From Candidatus Poribacteria bacterium (GTDB lineage Bacteria > Poribacteria > WGA-4E > WGA-3G), in contig CBDBFU010000002.1 in assembly GCA_965205025.1 (NCBI GenBank), forward strand, positions 128,001 through 192,000: 64,000 nt of DNA, given 5' to 3'. Numbering within the stretch: position 1 is the first letter of the stretch; every line of letters begins with the position of its first letter. Shown here one piece after another: positions 1 through 11,010 of the stretch. The notes beneath the pieces were generated by a model. It did no database searches and was not told the DNA's origin. It saw only the letters and a list, made by a program, of their open reading frames with translations. The position numbers were made by a program, and so were the translations under genes.

Positions 1-2
1 AA

Positions 3-314
3 TTAGAATATATAGAAATAGCCAAGTTAATCAAGGTGGCAGTCCGGCGTGATTACCGTGAAGTAGCAAATGCGAAAGAACGGATGGAAATAGAACAGAA
101 ACGTGTTAAGATCTTTGAACAACAATTACGCACTATAGAGCGAGTCTTGGACGAAGTCACTGTTGAAATACCTGGATACCGAGGATTAACATTTAACGAT
201 GCTTTTCAGGCACAAGCACAATTCACTGAAGCGCAACGAGTATCTTATCAAGCCAGACGAGACTATGCCAAAGCAAAGGAAAGATTACGTGAAACAATGG
301 CATGGATTGAGTAA
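3..314 (+). CDS. Partial (5'-truncated by window) probable TolC/outer-membrane efflux family protein, C-terminal helices
   Basis: Frame is open from base 3. Helical heptad pattern ending ..GLTFNDAFQAQAQFTEAQRVSYQARRDYAKAKERL.., typical of OEP repeat ends. Confidence 0.5.
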   Translation, partial: LEYIEIAKLIKVAVRRDYREVANAKERMEIEQKRVKIFEQQLRTIERVLDEVTVEIPGYRGLTFNDAFQAQAQFTEAQRVSYQARRDYAKAKERLRETMAWIE

Positions 315-551
315 ACACAATTGAACAGATTAAGTTTTTCCCACTCCCTTTTAAGACCTTGACTTTCTCTAAAATTCACCTCAATTTATTTTGCATAATC
401 TGAACAATTTCCATATCATTTTGCATTTTTCTTGTATCATTTTTTAGGTATTTTCTGTTATAATTATATATCATAATTTAGAGAATATTGATAAAAATCT
501 AACCTTTTTTAGCCTTAAAACACACATAATCACATATAAGCAGGGGGTTCC

Positions 552-3500
552 ATGTCATCGGATTTTGTCCATTTACACAACCATAGCGAATACAGTATGC
601 TTGACGGTGCATGTCGCATTTCCGATATGATCCAGTGGGCAGTTGAAAATAGTACTCCCGCCGTTGCACTCACCGATCACGGTAATATGTTTGGTGCGTG
701 GGAGTTTTACAAAACTGCGGAAGAAGCGGGTGTAAACCCGATTGTTGGATGTGAGGTATATGTCGCACCTGGCTCTCGGTTAGAACGTGGCAAAGAACAA
801 GGTAACCCTTACCATTTAACTCTACTTGTAGAGAATGCTGCTGGCTACCAAAACCTCCTTGAATTGGTATCGCTTGGTTACACCGAAGGTTTCTACAGTA
901 AACCGCGTATTGACATGGAGAAATTGCGTGAACACCGTGAAGGGATAATTGCACTGACAGGTTGCATTCAAGGACAAGTTCCGCAACTCCTTTCCTCCAA
1001 CAAACGTGAAGAAGGAATCCAAAATTTCAAAACTCTGATTGACATAATGGGAGAACGGAACCTCTATGTTGAAGTGCAAAACCATTATATTGACAAGGAA
1101 CTTGAAGCTTACCCGATCATGGTTGATTTAGCGCGAGAATTCAACCTTCCTCTTGTTGGCACCAACGATTGTCATTACCTTAGAAAATCCGATCATAGAA
1201 TGCACGATGTTCTTCTCTGTATCCAGACAAAGAAAACTGTAAATGACGCCGATCGAATGCAGTTTGACAATCATTTTTATTTTAAGAATGTGGATGAGAT
1301 GCGGGAAGTCCTCAAAGATTTTCCACCTGAAGTTATCAGTAACACTGTTGAAATAGCAAATCGATGTAATCTTAAACTTGATTACGGTCAGAGTATAATG
1401 CCGAAATATGAGGTTCCAGAAGGACATACAAATGAGAGTTACCTAAAGGAACTCTGTGTCCAAGGTTTACGAGAGAAAATGGGTGGAGAACTCTCCTCGG
1501 AGGTCCAGCAACGATTGGATCATGAACTTGACATAATTAACAAAACAGGTTACCCCGGTTATTTCCTGATTGTATGGGACTATGTCAAATTCGCCAACCA
1601 GCAAGGATATCCACTTACTGCTCGGGGTTCTGCTGCTGGTAGTCTTGTGCTTTATGCGCTTGATGTAATTACTTTCAATCCAATGGATTATGACTGTCTT
1701 TTTGAAAGGTTTCTGAATCTTGAACGTATAAGTCCACCTGATATTGACATAGACTTTTCAGATCGCACGCGTGCCTTTGTTATAGAATATCTTGTGGAAA
1801 AGTATGGCCCCGATTCTGTTGGCAAAGTTGCAACATTTTCAACTCTGGGGGCAAAGGGATCTATCAAAGATGTTGGTCGAGCACTCGATGTTCCTTTGGA
1901 GAATGTCAATAAGTTAACTCAATTGATTCCAAGTAATCCACCAGGTATTACACTTGACGAGGCGTTGGATCAAGTACCCGAATTTAAGACACTTTCCGAA
2001 CAGCCTGAAAATAAAGAACTGATGGATCTCAGTTTGGCAGTTGAAGGCATGAAACGACATGTCTCCTGCCATGCCTCTGCAATCGTCGTCTCAAACGGCC
2101 CCATGACAGATTTTGCTCCGTTATTCAAGGATAAACATGATCAGGTCGCTACACAATTTGAAGGGAAAACAGTTGAAAATGTTGGTATTGTTAAATTCGA
2201 TTTTCTTGGTGTTCGCAGTCTGACTGAGATTCAGGATTGCATTGAAATGATTAAATCAAATCATGGTAAAGATATAAAGTTAGAAGATATACCATTTGAT
2301 GATGATAAGACCTATTCAGTAATTAATAAAGGTTTGATTCAAGGATTATTCCAATTGGAATCCTCTCCTGGTATGCTTCGAGTTGTAACACAACTCAAAC
2401 CAGATAATTTTGAGGATTTCTCAGCGATTCCTGCCCTTTATCGTCCAGGTCCGTTGGAAAGTGGAATGACACAGCAATTCATTGATCGAAAAAACGGCTT
2501 GGAAAATGTTGAATACATACACTCTTCGCTTGAAAATGCACTCCAAAAAACTTACGGTGTCTGTGTTTATCAGGAACAGGTAATGCAAATTGCACGTGAC
2601 ATGGCAGGTTTTACACTTGGTGAGGCGGATATCCTACGGGATGCGATGGGTAAAAAGAAGATGGACCTTCTCAAAGAACAACGTCCGAAATTCATTGAAG
2701 GGGCAGTTAATAACGGTATTTTAGAAAAAGATGCAGAAAAAATGTATGACCTGTTAGTTCCGTTTGGTGGATATGCCTTCAACAAATCGCATACGGTTGC
2801 ATATTCTATGTTAGCATACCGTATGGCGTATCTGAAAACACACTATCCTCATGAATTTATGGCATCAATGATGACAGGTGAAGCAGGAATTTCAGAAAAG
2901 CTTATACGGTACAGAGCCGAATGTGGGAAACTTTCTGACTTTCTTGATGTAGAAATTAATACGCTTCGCCCCGATGTCAACAGCAGTAATAAAGATTTTG
3001 CTGTAGATGGGAACGATATCTGTTTCGGTTTTGTAGCAGTAAAAAACGTAGGTGATAATGCAATAGACGCAATTATTGAAGCAAGAGAAGAGGGTGGATC
3101 ATTTACATCCCTACAAGATTTCTGTGAACGAGTGGATACAAGAGTGGTCAACAAACGTGCTATTGAAAGCCTTATTCTTTGTGGTGCTTTTGATTCACTT
3201 GATGGAAATCGAGCTGAACTCCTTGATAACTTAGAAAATATATTGAAAGTTGCTCAGAACGCTCAAGCGGAACGTGACCGTGGTCAAATGAATCTTTTTG
3301 AAGAAACTAAAGAAGCACCACCGTCAAATGTGGCACTCACAGAAACCCCCGATTTTGATTTTTTAGAACGGTTAAAGTTGGAAAAGGATCAACTTGGGTT
3401 TTATGTGTCAGGACATCCACTTCAAGAATATAAAGATATCATCGAATACTATACAACAGCAAGCACACAAACTCTTAGTGTGCATCCGATTGAATCCGAC

Positions 3501-4094
3501 GTTAGTGTAGCGGGGATGATCACTGATGTTAAAAGTCTTACTACAAAAAAAGGCGAACCGATGGCGGTCCTAATGTTTGAGGATTTAGAGGGTTCAATAG
3601 AGGTTGTTGTTTTTCCTGATGCTTATAAAGAAGCAGGTGAGCTTTTTGAAGGTAGGATAGTATGGATTGAAGGTAAAGTTAAGATTAATCAGAACGGAAG
3701 AAATCGAAATTCAGACGGTGAAACTGAGGAAGAAGAAGAGGAACGACAAATACAAGCTGACAAAATTACCGATATAGAAACTGTTGCAGAAGAACAGACT
3801 TGTGCAGTTGAAGTATTAATATCGGAAGCCGATATTGAGAACCTTGACAAAATGAAAGCATTCAGAGAGATCGTGTCTGCTAACAGAGGTAAGCTTGATG
3901 TTGTTTTACGTTTGATGAGTCCACAATTCGGTGAAGTAATTGCTCGTTGTGGGTCTAAGTATAAGATAGAGAAGACAGATTCTGTTTTTGAACAGGTAGA
4001 AAATCTGTTCGGGGAAGATTCTATCAAATGTAGTAATAGGACAAAGCAAAAAAAGAAAAATGGGAACCGGTTTGCAAGAATGGATTATGTTTAA
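552..4094 (+). CDS. dnaE: DNA polymerase III alpha subunit
   Basis: PHP domain (FVHLHNHSEYSMLDG, TDHGN, TNDCHY), RGSAAGS, PPDIDIDF, GIVKFDFLG, YAFNKSH and a C-terminal OB fold. Confidence 0.97.
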   Translation: MSSDFVHLHNHSEYSMLDGACRISDMIQWAVENSTPAVALTDHGNMFGAWEFYKTAEEAGVNPIVGCEVYVAPGSRLERGKEQGNPYHLTLLVENAAGYQNLLELVSLGYTEGFYSKPRIDMEKLREHREGIIALTGCIQGQVPQLLSSNKREEGIQNFKTLIDIMGERNLYVEVQNHYIDKELEAYPIMVDLAREFNLPLVGTNDCHYLRKSDHRMHDVLLCIQTKKTVNDADRMQFDNHFYFKNVDEMREVLKDFPPEVISNTVEIANRCNLKLDYGQSIMPKYEVPEGHTNESYLKELCVQGLREKMGGELSSEVQQRLDHELDIINKTGYPGYFLIVWDYVKFANQQGYPLTARGSAAGSLVLYALDVITFNPMDYDCLFERFLNLERISPPDIDIDFSDRTRAFVIEYLVEKYGPDSVGKVATFSTLGAKGSIKDVGRALDVPLENVNKLTQLIPSNPPGITLDEALDQVPEFKTLSEQPENKELMDLSLAVEGMKRHVSCHASAIVVSNGPMTDFAPLFKDKHDQVATQFEGKTVENVGIVKFDFLGVRSLTEIQDCIEMIKSNHGKDIKLEDIPFDDDKTYSVINKGLIQGLFQLESSPGMLRVVTQLKPDNFEDFSAIPALYRPGPLESGMTQQFIDRKNGLENVEYIHSSLENALQKTYGVCVYQEQVMQIARDMAGFTLGEADILRDAMGKKKMDLLKEQRPKFIEGAVNNGILEKDAEKMYDLLVPFGGYAFNKSHTVAYSMLAYRMAYLKTHYPHEFMASMMTGEAGISEKLIRYRAECGKLSDFLDVEINTLRPDVNSSNKDFAVDGNDICFGFVAVKNVGDNAIDAIIEAREEGGSFTSLQDFCERVDTRVVNKRAIESLILCGAFDSLDGNRAELLDNLENILKVAQNAQAERDRGQMNLFEETKEAPPSNVALTETPDFDFLERLKLEKDQLGFYVSGHPLQEYKDIIEYYTTASTQTLSVHPIESDVSVAGMITDVKSLTTKKGEPMAVLMFEDLEGSIEVVVFPDAYKEAGELFEGRIVWIEGKVKINQNGRNRNSDGETEEEEEERQIQADKITDIETVAEEQTCAVEVLISEADIENLDKMKAFREIVSANRGKLDVVLRLMSPQFGEVIARCGSKYKIEKTDSVFEQVENLFGEDSIKCSNRTKQKKKNGNRFARMDYV

Positions 4095-4156
4095 GACCAG
4101 ACTTATTTATAGAATAAGCAACTACCATCTAAATTTTATAAGGGAATTAAGCAATT

Positions 4157-4978
4157 ATGCAATATCGTACACTCGGTAAAACAGGACTTCGTGTTTCAGA
4201 AATTGGCTATGGTGGTGGTAGAGTTCGTCCAGAGCATGATGAAAACGCTTTGGTTAACATGCTTCACTATGCCATCGGTAATGGCGTAAATTATTTTGAC
4301 ACAGCATCTTCATACGGTGGTGGGTATAGTGAAACAGTACTCGGTAAAGCGATTGCAGGACGACGAAATGCTTGTATTGTAGCCACCAAAACAAAGGCGA
4401 TTGACCCCAATGGTATTACTGATGAAGTTGAAGGGAGTTTACAACGTCTTGGAACAGATTTTATTGATATTCTTCAATTTCACGGTGGTTGGTTTCATAC
4501 TGATGAAGCTAACCAGATCTTGAATAATGGTGGATTAGAAACCTATCTTAAGCTGAAAGAAGAAGGTAAGGTTCGGTATATAGGTTTTTCTGCTGATGGT
4601 CCTTCAGGTGGAATTGAGCTGCTAATTGCTACAGGTGAATTCGATATGATACAAACTCATTATAACCTTATGTATCAGAGCACTTACGATGCATTCAGTG
4701 GACAAGGTATTATTCCTGATGCTGTTAAGCAAGATATGGGTATTGTGCTAATGCGTTCTACCACAAGTAATGCCTTCCAAAATCTTATTAAACAGTGTTT
4801 TGCGGATGAGATGGCAGATGTTGATATAGATAGTTTTCTGTTGAATTATACGCTTTCGAACCCAATGGTAAATGTTGCTTTGATGAGTCTGCAAAGTATA
4901 AAGGATGTAGATTGGACAAAGGCTGTGTCTGACGATGTTAATGGACGATTAGATCTGAAAGCGATTCATGGGAGGTAA
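4157..4978 (+). CDS. Aldo/keto reductase family oxidoreductase
   Basis: MQYRTLGKTGLRVSEIG, FDTASSYGGGYSE, VATK, SLQRLGTDFIDILQFH, GKVRYIGFS. Confidence 0.9.
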   Translation: MQYRTLGKTGLRVSEIGYGGGRVRPEHDENALVNMLHYAIGNGVNYFDTASSYGGGYSETVLGKAIAGRRNACIVATKTKAIDPNGITDEVEGSLQRLGTDFIDILQFHGGWFHTDEANQILNNGGLETYLKLKEEGKVRYIGFSADGPSGGIELLIATGEFDMIQTHYNLMYQSTYDAFSGQGIIPDAVKQDMGIVLMRSTTSNAFQNLIKQCFADEMADVDIDSFLLNYTLSNPMVNVALMSLQSIKDVDWTKAVSDDVNGRLDLKAIHGR

Positions 4979-5045
4979 TTGATAAGATATTTGATACAAC
5001 TTCGCATTTTCAGTTGTCAATCTGGAATATAGTCCTGCGTTTATT

Positions 5046-5465
5046 TTATTGATACTGACTTGGCTTCCGAGGTGGTTTCACATCAATCGGTGCCTCTTCC
5101 TTATTCAACACCTCAATCAAACGATAATCGTATATACCTACATCTTGGATTTCATAGGCGTATTCATATACACTAACCTTTAGTGTATAGATATATCCTG
5201 GTTCATAATCAAATCCGTCTATACCATCATAGAAGAAATGCCAACGTTGTGCTTCCTCGTTGTATTCGAGATAACACTCTTGTTCAAAAGCTCCGGTACA
5301 AGTTGTCCTGTAGGGACCGATTATAAGGATTTTTGTATTCGCGTCACATCGCGTAATCCACGAACCTTTACATGGACTCTTGAATTCGGAGTCGGGTCCG
5401 CATCCAATGGTTAGGGGTAGAAGGATTAGTGTAGTTACGAGTATTATTCTTGTCGAGGAATACAT
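5046..5465 (-). CDS. DUF4377-like exported/lipoprotein
   Basis: Signal peptide ending TIGC; C..G...QECY and FFYDGIDGFDYEPGYIYTLKV motif. Confidence 0.7.
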   Translation of the reverse strand: MYSSTRIILVTTLILLPLTIGCGPDSEFKSPCKGSWITRCDANTKILIIGPYRTTCTGAFEQECYLEYNEEAQRWHFFYDGIDGFDYEPGYIYTLKVSVYEYAYEIQDVGIYDYRLIEVLNKEEAPIDVKPPRKPSQYQ

Positions 5466-5677
5466 CTATACCCCTTTGGTACCAAGAATTGTCTTATATC
5501 CATCCAATGCATTGCCAACCTTAAACTTTCAACCGAAGAAAACGTTAATATCAATATGTTAGAACATGTCTATATTTCTCGTAGGTGAACTGTAAAAACT
5601 GTCAAACTGGTTGGTACATCCAATTTCAATTTTCTAAAATTCAAATTAATCTAATTATTAACTTCAAAGACAACCAA

Positions 5678-6421
5678 ATGACACTTGAATCTGCTTACCA
5701 AATTGCTACAATTGTAATAGCACTAACAGCATTTGTGAAATATGTGATTCCTCGCATAAAAAAGATAGTAGTGAATTGGTGGAACAAAATACGCGATCGA
5801 ACTGAATTCATTTTGGGCTATAAAACTAAATCAAGACAAGAAGAAACACACTCTGCAGAATACACAATTGGTTATCTTTTTATATGTTACAAAACAAGCA
5901 ATAGAAAGGCATTTATTCATTGGAAGTATATATTTCTAGACTCCTTCTATAGATGGATTGCTAAAATATACAAATTCGAGAATTTAGCGATTACAAAAAG
6001 CATGAATAACTTCATTAAATTCGTTAAGGAAAGATCTAAAACAACAGACGGTAGTAGTGCCTCATATATTTACAAAGAGGAAAGAACGCTGGCATTTTAC
6101 CCTATAAAAGAGTTCAATCATTCTCCTAGTTGGACCAGACTTCCTTATGTAGAAAGAGAAATATATACATATTTCAAATGTTACGAAACTAAAAAACAAA
6201 ATCAATACGATCTCCGGAACGGGGAAAGATGGATGAAATCAGAAGAATTAGATAGTTGGGAATGGCTTGGAATTGCACGTGTGAATGTAAATCATAACCA
6301 AGACCCACTAATGCCTGAATCAAAAAAGATAATAAAGTTGCTCAAAAAAGGGTTCAAAAAACAATTCGTAGTTGATAAAATAGGACACATTGTCTGTATA
6401 AAAAGACGTACTGTGCGTTAA
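5678..6421 (+). CDS. Hypothetical protein with N-terminal TM helix (AT-rich)
   Basis: Long ORF; ATG at 5678 precedes hydrophobic IATIVIALTAFV. No recognisable motif. Confidence 0.5.
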   Translation: MTLESAYQIATIVIALTAFVKYVIPRIKKIVVNWWNKIRDRTEFILGYKTKSRQEETHSAEYTIGYLFICYKTSNRKAFIHWKYIFLDSFYRWIAKIYKFENLAITKSMNNFIKFVKERSKTTDGSSASYIYKEERTLAFYPIKEFNHSPSWTRLPYVEREIYTYFKCYETKKQNQYDLRNGERWMKSEELDSWEWLGIARVNVNHNQDPLMPESKKIIKLLKKGFKKQFVVDKIGHIVCIKRRTVR

Positions 6422-6773
6422 AAATATTTGGAGTTACATTCCTTATATACTATACTCTTAGGCACTTTGATTACGATCTATGAAGGTTAGTTTATATCGT
6501 ATATCGGGTGTTGTTTCGCACTACCCATAGGTACCATTTAGCGTGTTTTTATTATGTTGTAGGAATTTAACTCCGATTTGAGAGAAAATCCTTAAATCGG
6601 GATGGTCTCATCAACAAGAGATGATATTCTCAAATATACGTCTATAGGTGAGTATTTCTTTACCTTTTCCAGATAGATTGGCTATAATCACCTAAACAAC
6701 TCCATGTGTTTCTATGTCTAAATAGTAATGTATTTTGTATACGGTTATCTACAATCATGGTTGAAATTTTCTT

Positions 6774-6901
6774 ATACCATTTCTATAAATGATTCTCCCA
6801 TGATTAGATGATATTTATGTCTTAAAATACAACACAAACTGGAAGTTTGTGCTACATTAAAGAGATTCTATTAATGAGACTTTAATTACCAGAAATGGTA
6901 T
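6774..6901. mobile_element. MITE-like element family A (TIR ATACCATTTCT) with central REP-like hairpin
   Basis: ATACCATTTCT (6774) ... AGAAATGGTAT (6891-6901). Internal CACAAACTGGAAGTTTGTGCTAC. Related copies at 14227-14340 and ~17149-17256. Confidence 0.65.
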
Positions 6902-7038
6902 TACTTAGCTTTTCCCTTTCGTTTAATTGTTTCAACTATCGCAGTGCTTTTGCGTCGCTTTGCTTCCTTTACTGGTATAAACCGACCTGTTTTTGCATCG
7001 CGTCCGACTTTGGTAATTGTAGCTCTTTTGCGTGCCAT
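6901..7038 (-). CDS. Small basic protein, 45 aa (MARKRATITKVGRDAKTGRFIPVKEAKRRKSTAIVETIKRKGKAK), missed by the ORF track
   Basis: Strong RBS AAGGAGGTGG upstream of ATG 7038; TAA at 6903-6901; GRDAKTGRFI..EA.RR..T..VET pattern. Confidence 0.75.
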   Translation of the reverse strand: MARKRATITKVGRDAKTGRFIPVKEAKRRKSTAIVETIKRKGKAK

Positions 7039-7207
7039 TAAACCCACCTCCTTTTTCTATAGGAAGTTACGCTAAATTGCTAAAAGTAATTGCTTTTAAC
7101 TGGAGAATAACACATTCTACAAGCAGATATCAAGTATATTTTGAAAATTCTAAATACGAATAGTTTATCAACCTAATTACTCTATCCTATAAAGGTAACA
7201 CCTTTAT

Positions 7208-9880
7208 CTACTCAGATAAGAAGTTGCGTATTACATAATCCAGAATTCCGCCGTGTTTGTAGTATTCTACCTCTACAGGAGAATCAATTCGGATGCGTGC
7301 TTCAGTTGTCTGTGTATCTCCATTTTCTCTTATGATTTTTAAAGTTGCCATTTGTCCGGGTTGGAGATTATTCTCAAAACCAGTAATGCTTATGATCTCA
7401 CTCCCATCAAGTTTAAGTGATTGAACATTTTCACCATCCTTAAACTGCAATGGTAGAATCCCCATACCGATAAGATTACTACGGTGTATCCGTTCGTAAC
7501 TTTCTACAACGACAGCCTTGACACCGAGGAGTTTTGGACCTTTTGCAGCCCAATCTCGTGAGCTTCCCATACCATAATCCTGTCCTGCGAAAATAACAGT
7601 AGGCACATTGATCTCACGGTAGTGTAGTGCCGCGTCATATATTGTCGTCTGTGTAGCATCCGGATACTGAAGGGTATATCCCCCTTCTACCTCAGGCGTC
7701 ATTAAATTACGGACACGTCTGTTAGCAAATGTGCCACGACTCATGACACGGTCATTACCGCGTCTTGCGCCATAGGTATTGAAATCTCGTGTTTCAACAC
7801 CGCGTTCCTGCAGATAGCTCCCTGCAGGACTGGCTGATGCGATTGCACCTGCGGGTGAAATATGGTCTGTTGTAACAGAATCACCAAAGATGCCGAGAAT
7901 GCGTGCATCGGTAATATCAGATATAGGCGCGGGTTCACGTGAAAACCCTTCAAAGAAGGGTGGGTGCTGTATGTATGTGCTTCTTTCGTTCCACGGATAA
8001 AGTACACCTGTAGCACCTTCGAGTTCTTCCCATTCTGGTGCTTGATTTCCAATTGACTCATACATTTCTTTGAATGTTCTACGGTTAACAGCATTGGCAA
8101 TCATTTCAGCGATTTCTTGGCGTGTTGGCCAAATATCCCGTAGATAAACAGCTTCACCGTTATCATTATGTCCGAGTGGTTCAGTAGCAAGGTCAATATC
8201 AATCCTCCCCGCAAGTCCATAAGCTACGACAAGTGGTGGGGACATGAGGAAATTTGCTTTAATCTCTGGATGTACCCGTGCCTCAAAGTTTCGATTACCA
8301 CTCAAGACACTTGCAGTCACAAGGTTGTTAGCATCAATAGCGTCTTGAACAACTTCGTTGAGTGGACCGCTATTACCAATACAAGTGGTGCAGCCATAAC
8401 CTACTACGTTATACCCAATCTTTTCTAAATATGGTAACAAACCTGTGTTCCGTAGATACTCCGTTACAACGCGCGATCCTGGAGCTAAACTTGTTTTAAC
8501 ATAATCCGGAACACGCAATCCTTTCTCCACTGCTTTTTTAGCGAGTAATCCTGCTCCTATCATCACAGACGGGTTGCTTGTATTTGTACAACTTGTAATG
8601 GCTGAAATTACAACGGAACCGTGTGTTATGTCCTCTTCCGTCTGATTATCAACAGTTACACCAAACCCATCCTCTGACACTGGCAATGCAAGGAGTTCAT
8701 TGAATTTGTCTTTTACATCTGATAATGCAATACGGTCCTGTGGCCGTTTTGGTCCGGCAATACTTGGCTCAATATCACCTAAATCGACTTCTAATACATC
8801 TGAATAGTCAACTTCTCCGGAACGTGGGATTCCAAACAATCCTTGTGCTTTGAGATATGTTTCTACAAAATCAACATGTGCATCATCTCTCCCTGTAAGA
8901 CGTAGGTAGTTTATGGTCTCATCGTCAGGTGGGAAGAAACCAATTGTTGCGCCATATTCAGGACACATGTTAGAGAGTGTTGCTCGGTCAGGCAGTGATA
9001 GTGCATCCACGCCTTCTCCGAAAAACTCAACAAATTTTCCAACCACAGCAGCTTCTCTAAGACGTTGTGTAATGGTCAATACGAGGTCGGTAGCGGTAAC
9101 ACCTTCTTGGAGTTCACCTTTCATATAAACACCGAGTACTTCGGGAGTTAGTATATATACTGGTTGTCCTAACATAGCTGCTTCAGCCTCAATTCCACCG
9201 ACACCCCAACCGACAATCCCTAATCCGTTTATCATTGTAGTATGTGAATCTGTACCAACGACAGTATCTGGATATGCCACTGAATCTTCTGCCATAACCA
9301 CCTGTGCAAGGTATTCGAGATTCACCTGATGAACAATACCGATAGACGGAGGAATAATCTTGAACTTATCAAAAGCTTGTTGTCCCCATTTCAAAAATTC
9401 ATATCTTTCTTTATTTCGCTCAAACTCTCTTTGTGTGTTAAACTGAAATGCATTTTCTGTACCGTATGCGTCAACTTGAATAGAGTGATCAATCACCAGG
9501 TCAACAGGAACAAGGGGTTCAATCATGCTTGCATCACCACCGAGTTCAGCAACAGCAGTACGCATTGCGGCAATATCAACGACAAGAGGTACACCTGTAA
9601 AATCTTGTGCGACCACACGTGCAGGTTTAAATGGGATCTCAGCTGCTTGTGGTGAACTGGCATCCCAACTGGCTAAATTAAGAACATCTTGCTCGGTAAT
9701 TTGGTGTCCGTCGTAATTCCGTAATAATGATTCAAGTAAAATTCGTATACTAACAGGTAAGTTCTCAATTGTTCCTTTACCTGCTTCAGCTAATGCTGGT
9801 AGCGAATAATATGTGCATTCAGAATCCCCGCTTTTAAGCGTTTTTCGGGTATTAAATAAATTATGAGAGAGGTTTGGCAT
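7208..9880 (-). CDS. acnA: Aconitate hydratase A
   Basis: [73 protein letters not shown]. Confidence 0.97.
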   Translation of the reverse strand: MPNLSHNLFNTRKTLKSGDSECTYYSLPALAEAGKGTIENLPVSIRILLESLLRNYDGHQITEQDVLNLASWDASSPQAAEIPFKPARVVAQDFTGVPLVVDIAAMRTAVAELGGDASMIEPLVPVDLVIDHSIQVDAYGTENAFQFNTQREFERNKERYEFLKWGQQAFDKFKIIPPSIGIVHQVNLEYLAQVVMAEDSVAYPDTVVGTDSHTTMINGLGIVGWGVGGIEAEAAMLGQPVYILTPEVLGVYMKGELQEGVTATDLVLTITQRLREAAVVGKFVEFFGEGVDALSLPDRATLSNMCPEYGATIGFFPPDDETINYLRLTGRDDAHVDFVETYLKAQGLFGIPRSGEVDYSDVLEVDLGDIEPSIAGPKRPQDRIALSDVKDKFNELLALPVSEDGFGVTVDNQTEEDITHGSVVISAITSCTNTSNPSVMIGAGLLAKKAVEKGLRVPDYVKTSLAPGSRVVTEYLRNTGLLPYLEKIGYNVVGYGCTTCIGNSGPLNEVVQDAIDANNLVTASVLSGNRNFEARVHPEIKANFLMSPPLVVAYGLAGRIDIDLATEPLGHNDNGEAVYLRDIWPTRQEIAEMIANAVNRRTFKEMYESIGNQAPEWEELEGATGVLYPWNERSTYIQHPPFFEGFSREPAPISDITDARILGIFGDSVTTDHISPAGAIASASPAGSYLQERGVETRDFNTYGARRGNDRVMSRGTFANRRVRNLMTPEVEGGYTLQYPDATQTTIYDAALHYREINVPTVIFAGQDYGMGSSRDWAAKGPKLLGVKAVVVESYERIHRSNLIGMGILPLQFKDGENVQSLKLDGSEIISITGFENNLQPGQMATLKIIRENGDTQTTEARIRIDSPVEVEYYKHGGILDYVIRNFLSE

Positions 9881-10013
9881 CAATAACTCCTTTATATAAA
9901 TGATGTGTCTTATGTTATTTTATCATAGCAGGTATCCGATTTCAATTCTATTGGATGTTAAGTGCATAAAGTTTTTGGCATGAATTCCCTTATCTTGTGT
10001 TTGGATTACAATG

Positions 10014-10061
10014 AAAAAACCTGATTCAGTTATTCGCGGTGCGTTTTAACTGAATCAGGTT
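10014..10061 (-). terminator. Intrinsic terminator of the tandem NPCBM genes
   Basis: 15-bp perfect stem AACCTGATTCAGTTA/TAACTGAATCAGGTT running into a T-tract on the minus strand. Confidence 0.75.
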
Positions 10062-10095
10062 ACGAATTATGATACTACTCATAAATAGGTAAGGT

Positions 10096-10872
10096 CTAAT
10101 AACTTGCTTTGATAGCCCCCCAAGAAGTAGAAACTTTGTTTGCGGGATCTACGGCAGTAACTGAGGATGTGAGTAGTTTTGCATCGCCTAATGAAGAATG
10201 ATCACACCCTAATCCATCGCCCCCATCTCCCATAACGATTGTGAGTTCTTTTGCATTTGCGGGAATATCAAATTCAACCTTGAGTGGTTCAACATTTTCA
10301 CCATCTGCAGACCCCGTCAGGGTATCGGTTTTAACAACTTCATCTCCATCAAGAGAAAAGACGAAATGGCTACTACCACCGTGTCCACATCCACCTGGAT
10401 CTTTTTCGTCGGACATTCCGGCATATCCTACAAATTTGACGTAATCTCCCCCGGTTAAATCGTAAACAAACGTACCGACAGAATGAGCACCAATGCCGCG
10501 TTCAAAATAAGTTCCACCGATTACGATATGGTTCCGTGTTGTTGCCCCTTCACCGATAGTGACATTATCAAAGTTTAGAGGACCACCCCATCCTGTCCAT
10601 TCCCCTGCAGGATTTTTTGGTATGAGACCACAAGCGTTTGGTTTCGGTTGACTTCCGCCAATTAATGCGAGATAAACAACGCCATCACGCGTATCTTCTT
10701 CAACGGTTTCATCATAATCATTTGCAACCCCAACATCTTCTGATCCGACCTTTGTGATAGGTACAGCACCGTCACCGTCAAGGTTAGTACAATCACTCTT
10801 GGCTGCATATAAGTTGAATGCAAGACCGATGATTAGAAGAGTAGACAGAATAAAGATATTAGTAATTTTCAT
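10096..10872 (-). CDS. Secreted NPCBM/NEW2 carbohydrate-binding domain protein, paralog 2
   Basis: GGAGG RBS; signal peptide; GIGAHSVGTFVYDLTGGDYVKFVGYAG..DG.GCDH..GDAKL (NPCBM-like); tail AVDPANKVSTSWGAIKASY. Confidence 0.75.
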   Translation of the reverse strand: MKITNIFILSTLLIIGLAFNLYAAKSDCTNLDGDGAVPITKVGSEDVGVANDYDETVEEDTRDGVVYLALIGGSQPKPNACGLIPKNPAGEWTGWGGPLNFDNVTIGEGATTRNHIVIGGTYFERGIGAHSVGTFVYDLTGGDYVKFVGYAGMSDEKDPGGCGHGGSSHFVFSLDGDEVVKTDTLTGSADGENVEPLKVEFDIPANAKELTIVMGDGGDGLGCDHSSLGDAKLLTSSVTAVDPANKVSTSWGAIKASY

Positions 10873-11010
10873 TGTAAAAACCTCCAAAGATTAGTTTTAT
10901 GTATATACGAAATAAAGTGTAGATTAACTTCTATCTTGAGGAGACGAATCATTAGGATTCACCCCCTCAATCAGTTAAATTTATAAACAACAATAGTATG
11001 TTATCTTAGT

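Noticed and set aside
552-4094. Intein or split dnaE
   Set aside because: Length and motif spacing are normal; no intein signatures.
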